A DNA stretch of 27,534 bases. Source: Candidatus Fermentibacteraceae bacterium. GTDB lineage: Bacteria; Fermentibacterota; Fermentibacteria; Fermentibacterales; JCC-6. A program made the translations under genes and the position numbers. The notes under the pieces were generated by a model. That model saw only the letters and a list, made by a program, of their open reading frames with translations. It was not told the origin of the DNA and made no database searches. Location of the stretch: positions 1 to 27,534 of the forward strand of contig JAWLEP010000036.1 in the NCBI GenBank assembly GCA_041686025.1, written 5' to 3'. This document shows, one piece after another, positions 24,317-27,534 of this stretch (position 1 is the stretch's first letter; each line of letters opens with the position of its first letter).

Positions 24317-25590
24317 CCCGATGTGCCGCTGCCCAGGCCCTCGGCCAGCTCGGAAAGCGGCTCCTCCAGGGGCCCCATGTACTCCACGGGATCGTAGCGG
24401 GGATTGTGCTCGCCGGGCCTGCGGACGAGGGCCTCCACGTGCCGGAGGATTCCGGCCGCCTCCTCGCGGCGTCCAGCCCGGAGAACGGAGAGTCCGACCT
24501 CCAGGAAACCGCCGATCCGCCGCCGGCTTACCGTGCAGTAGTCGGCGGTAACCACGGTACCCGCTCTACCCGGACGCCTGGCCGCGTACAGCCATACTCT
24601 CCTCGCCGCCCGGTAGGCGGCCTCGTTCCGTTGCAGCCAGTCCTTCCAGCCGTCCCGTGCCTCCATACCCCTGCAGGTATCCACCCCGATCCTGCTGCGG
24701 GGAACCCCCGCCTCCACCAGTGCCTTCGAAAGCCCCCGGCCGCCGGTGATGGTCCGCGACCACCTGCCGATGTGGGTGAGAACGAACCGGAGCTCGTGAA
24801 CCCCGCTCCTGCGCGCCATTCGCCAGGCCCGCTCCAGGTGGTGGGGCCGCGAGTTGTGCTCGAAGAGGATGTAGTTCCATACGATCCGGGTCCCCGAGTC
24901 CCTCTCTCCCGCCATCCTGGCCATCTCGGCCAGGAAGGTCCACGCCTTCCGGAAGTCGCCCCCGACCCTGTACCCCGCGTAGGATTCAGGGTCCACTCCG
25001 TCGATGGACATGTGGATCTGGCTGGGGCCGGCATCCAGTATCGCCGGGTCCGGCTCTCCGTTGGCGTTGGTCCGGAGGATGATGAAGCTGTCGGCCTGCT
25101 TCTCCCTGGCCAGGGCCAGCAGCCCGGGCAGGTCGGGGTTCCGAAGTGGCTCCCCGTGGCCGGAGAAATCGAATGTCCTGACGGCAATGCCCGCACTGCT
25201 GAAGTCACGGAGGGTCTTCTCCAGGATGTTCCGGGGCATTGTGCGGGGAGGCCTTCGAGCCCGGCGCTCCGCCCGGGTCGCACAGGCGGGGCATTCCAGG
25301 CCGCACAGCACCGAGGGCTCCACCTGCATCACGTCCACCGTCCGGGGGGAGAACCCCGGCCGGCCGGAGGGCCTCAGGCACAGGCAGCCCGGGCAGACCT
25401 CGGGGTGGGGAAGGAGCGCCCCCGCCAGGCGCCGGGCCGCCCTGCCGCAAGGCCCGCCGGGGGCGTATGCCGCCGACCTGTCCAAGCCGGGGTCCCACGG
25501 CAGCAGGACCCGGTCGCTGCCGACGTCGTCCCAGCAGGTGAAGTCCCCGTTGGCCCGCAGGAACAGGCTGTCCGCCGCAGGGCAGTGCAT
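24313..25590 (-). CDS. Radical SAM protein with N-terminal SPASM/twitch-like Cys segment
   Basis: CGLECPAC (CxxxCxxC), GHGEPL, TNAN, SIDG..ESYAGYRVGGDF, YILFEHN. N-terminus C…LRANGDFTC…CPGCLC. Confidence 0.85.
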   Translation of the reverse strand: MHCPAADSLFLRANGDFTCWDDVGSDRVLLPWDPGLDRSAAYAPGGPCGRAARRLAGALLPHPEVCPGCLCLRPSGRPGFSPRTVDVMQVEPSVLCGLECPACATRAERRARRPPRTMPRNILEKTLRDFSSAGIAVRTFDFSGHGEPLRNPDLPGLLALAREKQADSFIILRTNANGEPDPAILDAGPSQIHMSIDGVDPESYAGYRVGGDFRKAWTFLAEMARMAGERDSGTRIVWNYILFEHNSRPHHLERAWRMARRSGVHELRFVLTHIGRWSRTITGGRGLSKALVEAGVPRSRIGVDTCRGMEARDGWKDWLQRNEAAYRAARRVWLYAARRPGRAGTVVTADYCTVSRRRIGGFLEVGLSVLRAGRREEAAGILRHVEALVRRPGEHNPRYDPVEYMGPLEEPLSELAEGLGSGTSG

Positions 25591-25623
25591 GTGAACCCCG
25601 CCTTCCAGAAAGGGCCCGGTGCC

Positions 25624-25989
25624 TCAGTCGTAACGGCTCTGCCTAAGCTCCTCCAGCCTCTGCACCGTCTGGCGCATTGCCTTCTCCCGTGCGGTGAAGA
25701 AGCCCTTGAGCCTTCGAATCAGGTCCAGCTGCAGCTCGGGTTTGCCGGAGTAGTAGTCGTGCTCGATGAGACCGGCCGCCCACTCCACATTGGAACGTAC
25801 TATGTCCGGGACCTTCTCCCCGTCGTGCCTGACCGCCTCGCTGGGGCAGACTCCGTGGCAGACGCCGCATCGAATGCAGGCGTCATCGTCTATGCTGGCC
25901 GTTCCCCCCTCCAGCGAGATCGCATCCGCGCAGCATTCGTCCAGACATATCCCGCATCCGGTGCATCTGTCTTCGCTTATCCATGGCAT
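25624..25989 (-). CDS. 2x[4Fe-4S] ferredoxin-like protein with C-terminal helical extension
   Basis: CTGCGICLDECC and CIRCGVCHGVCP. RBS AAGGTGGAG before ATG 25989. Confidence 0.9.
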   Translation of the reverse strand: MPWISEDRCTGCGICLDECCADAISLEGGTASIDDDACIRCGVCHGVCPSEAVRHDGEKVPDIVRSNVEWAAGLIEHDYYSGKPELQLDLIRRLKGFFTAREKAMRQTVQRLEELRQSRYD

Positions 25990-26014
25990 GACTCCACCTT
26001 CCCGCCTTTCGGCC

Positions 26015-26461
26015 TCAGTTGTACGCCAGCCGGGTATCACGGTCCGCCATGACCGGCGCTGTGATTTCCCTCCATTCCGGGCTCTTCCATGTACCCAGCG
26101 GTTCGTGGACATCCAGGTACTTCTGTGGAATGGGATGGGTCCCGTAGACCACCTCCAGGCCGTACCTGGTTTGTATGAAATCCGAGAAGAAACGTACGTA
26201 GGGGCAGGGCGGGTAGCCGACTATCAGGCCGGTGGCGAGATGGATCACGCTGGCTCCGTTGGACACCATCTCCCCGACGGCGTACTCGATGTTCCCTCCC
26301 GGACAGCCGTCGCAGGTGGTATAGCCCACCAGCTGCAGCTCCCCTTCGCGGTACCGGCTGAAGGCACCCTCGCGATTCCTCACCGACCGCAGGCACTTGC
26401 CGCCGGCACACCTGCGGTACCTGTCGCAGATGACTATGCCGATTCCGGTGTGCTCTTCCAT
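26015..26461 (-). CDS. CGGC domain (metal-binding) protein
   Basis: IGIVIC…CAGGKC…GAF…VGYTTCDGCPG…IHLATG…PPCP…GTH pattern. GAGG RBS before ATG 26461. Confidence 0.88.
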   Translation of the reverse strand: MEEHTGIGIVICDRYRRCAGGKCLRSVRNREGAFSRYREGELQLVGYTTCDGCPGGNIEYAVGEMVSNGASVIHLATGLIVGYPPCPYVRFFSDFIQTRYGLEVVYGTHPIPQKYLDVHEPLGTWKSPEWREITAPVMADRDTRLAYN

Positions 26462-26627
26462 TGGAATGCCTCGCCTTCCCGCTGAGTGATGTGCGCCTTG
26501 TGCCCATGCCCGGAAGAACCGGGGACCATTCCATAGCCGAACAGTATCGCCCCTGGGCGACATCGGCGCAAGTAGGTCTTTGCCGCCGCCCATGCAGCCC
26601 CTATGCTCTTCGGGAAGGAGGGTCTGC

Positions 26628-27404
26628 ATGCAGTCGAGTCCCCGGGAGGAACTGCGGGTGCTGGCAGGACGAATACGATCCTGCGCCGCCTGCGGACTGA
26701 GCGAGACCGGGAGGAACGCCCTTCCGGGCGAGGGCGACCCCGATGCCAGGGTGTTGCTTATCGCCCTTTCGCCCGGCAGGGTGGAGGACAGGGAGGGCCG
26801 CATGTTCCTCGGCCCCTCCGGAGACGTGCTGGACAGGCTACTGGACCATGCCGGGGTCCGCCGCAGCCGGGTCTACATGACGAACCTGGTGAAGTGCACG
26901 CTTCCCAAGAACCGCCGGCCCAGGGCCCGGGAGATAGAGGCCTGCGCCCCCTGGCTGGAGCGGGAGATCAACGTGGTGGGCCCCAAGGTGCTGGTGCCCC
27001 TCGGCTTCTACTCATCCCGCTATGTGATGAGCACCCGTACCGAAGACGCTCCCCGGGGCCGCCCCGACTACCGGCCCCTCTACGGCGAGCTGCTGCTTTC
27101 GGGGAGGACGTTGATCTATCCTCTTCCCCATCCATCGTCACTGCTCTATCGGCCGTCACTGGAGCCGGCTACCGAGGAGAAGTACGACAGGCTGCGGGTG
27201 CTCACCGAGCCCTGCCGCTGGTACCCGGTCTGCCCCATGAAGCGCTACTTCGAGGCGGGCCTGATTGACAGCCGTTGGGTCGACCTCTACTGCCTGGGCG
27301 ACTGGAGCCGCTGCGTACGGTTTCACTGCGAGGAGAGGGGCGAGCCGCATCCGGACTGGATGATGCCCGACGGCAGCCTCCGCGAGGACCTCGGGAGCCA
27401 CTGA
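26628..27404 (+). CDS. Fe-S uracil-DNA glycosylase (family 4/5-like) with an extra C-terminal Cys-rich domain
   Basis: CAAC, GEG, FLGPSG, TNLVKC, NRRP…EIEAC, HPS motifs. RBS AAGGAGG before ATG 26628. Confidence 0.85.
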   Translation: MQSSPREELRVLAGRIRSCAACGLSETGRNALPGEGDPDARVLLIALSPGRVEDREGRMFLGPSGDVLDRLLDHAGVRRSRVYMTNLVKCTLPKNRRPRAREIEACAPWLEREINVVGPKVLVPLGFYSSRYVMSTRTEDAPRGRPDYRPLYGELLLSGRTLIYPLPHPSSLLYRPSLEPATEEKYDRLRVLTEPCRWYPVCPMKRYFEAGLIDSRWVDLYCLGDWSRCVRFHCEERGEPHPDWMMPDGSLREDLGSH

Positions 27405-27424
27405 TCTGTTGCGAAAGCCCGCCC

Positions 27425-27534
27425 CTAGAGCCAGTCCTTGCGCCTGAAGTACAGAAGCATGCCCAGAGCCACCAGGGCCATGACGCCCAGGGCGCCGTAG
27501 TAGCCCCAGGCCCAGCCCAGCTCGGGCATGTGGT
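27425..27534 (-). CDS. corA: 3' end of magnesium/cobalt transporter CorA (partial)
   Basis: Minus-strand frame reads [35 protein letters not shown], the MPEL loop and last TM helix of CorA. Confidence 0.85.
   Translation of the reverse strand, partial: HMPELGWAWGYYGALGVMALVALGMLLYFRRKDWL

Noticed and set aside
24313..25989. The ferredoxin TGA (25624-25626) is in frame with the radical SAM ATG through 11 sense codons, so Sec read-through could fuse them
   Set aside because: The context RYD*GTG is not a redox motif, only a weak hairpin follows, and the radical SAM gene has its own purine-rich RBS-like sequence. In-frame spacing is common by chance in GC-rich DNA. Homolog alignment showing Cys at this position would reopen it.
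7482..27404. Other TGA stops (tatD, HEAT protein, glgP, lpxL-like, tagF-like, tagD, CGGC, UDG) as Sec codons or genome-wide UGA recoding
   Set aside because: They fall at the expected protein ends, often abutting the next gene, so UGA acts as a normal stop here.
1..27534. CRISPR array, IS/transposase, prophage, rRNA
   Set aside because: No regularly spaced repeats, terminal inverted repeats or recognisable mobile-element or rRNA sequence seen by eye.

Overview
GC-rich bacterial chromosomal window (code 11), gene-dense, with no mobile element, CRISPR array or rRNA visible. C25/M1 proteases with short C-terminal sorting-type domains and a lipid A acyltransferase suggest a diderm of the FCB group, possibly Ca. 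Fermentibacteria (inference only). The main feature the ORF track misses is a selenocysteine module. (i) selD is split by an in-frame TGA exactly at the catalytic Cys17-equivalent (C-A-G-U-A-G-K), followed by a SECIS-like hairpin. It is fused in frame to an N-terminal 7-Cys/His putative metal-binding domain (3672..4889, 405 aa). (ii) A tRNA-Sec (selC, anticodon UCA) lies about 3.3 kb away at 8234..8330. Other genes: a secreted hypothetical protein, a PAS-PAS hybrid histidine kinase, yitT, a lipoprotein, tatD, tcdA, a large HEAT-repeat protein, glgP, a C25 peptidase, a STAND ATPase-TPR protein, an internally deleted secreted-protein remnant, an lpxL-like gene, tagF/tagD-like genes, an M1 aminopeptidase, a methyltransferase, a radical SAM protein with an N-terminal SPASM-like segment, a ferredoxin, a CGGC protein, an atypical Fe-S uracil-DNA glycosylase with an extra Cys domain, and the 3' end of corA. 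All family calls come from motif recognition; no searches were run.
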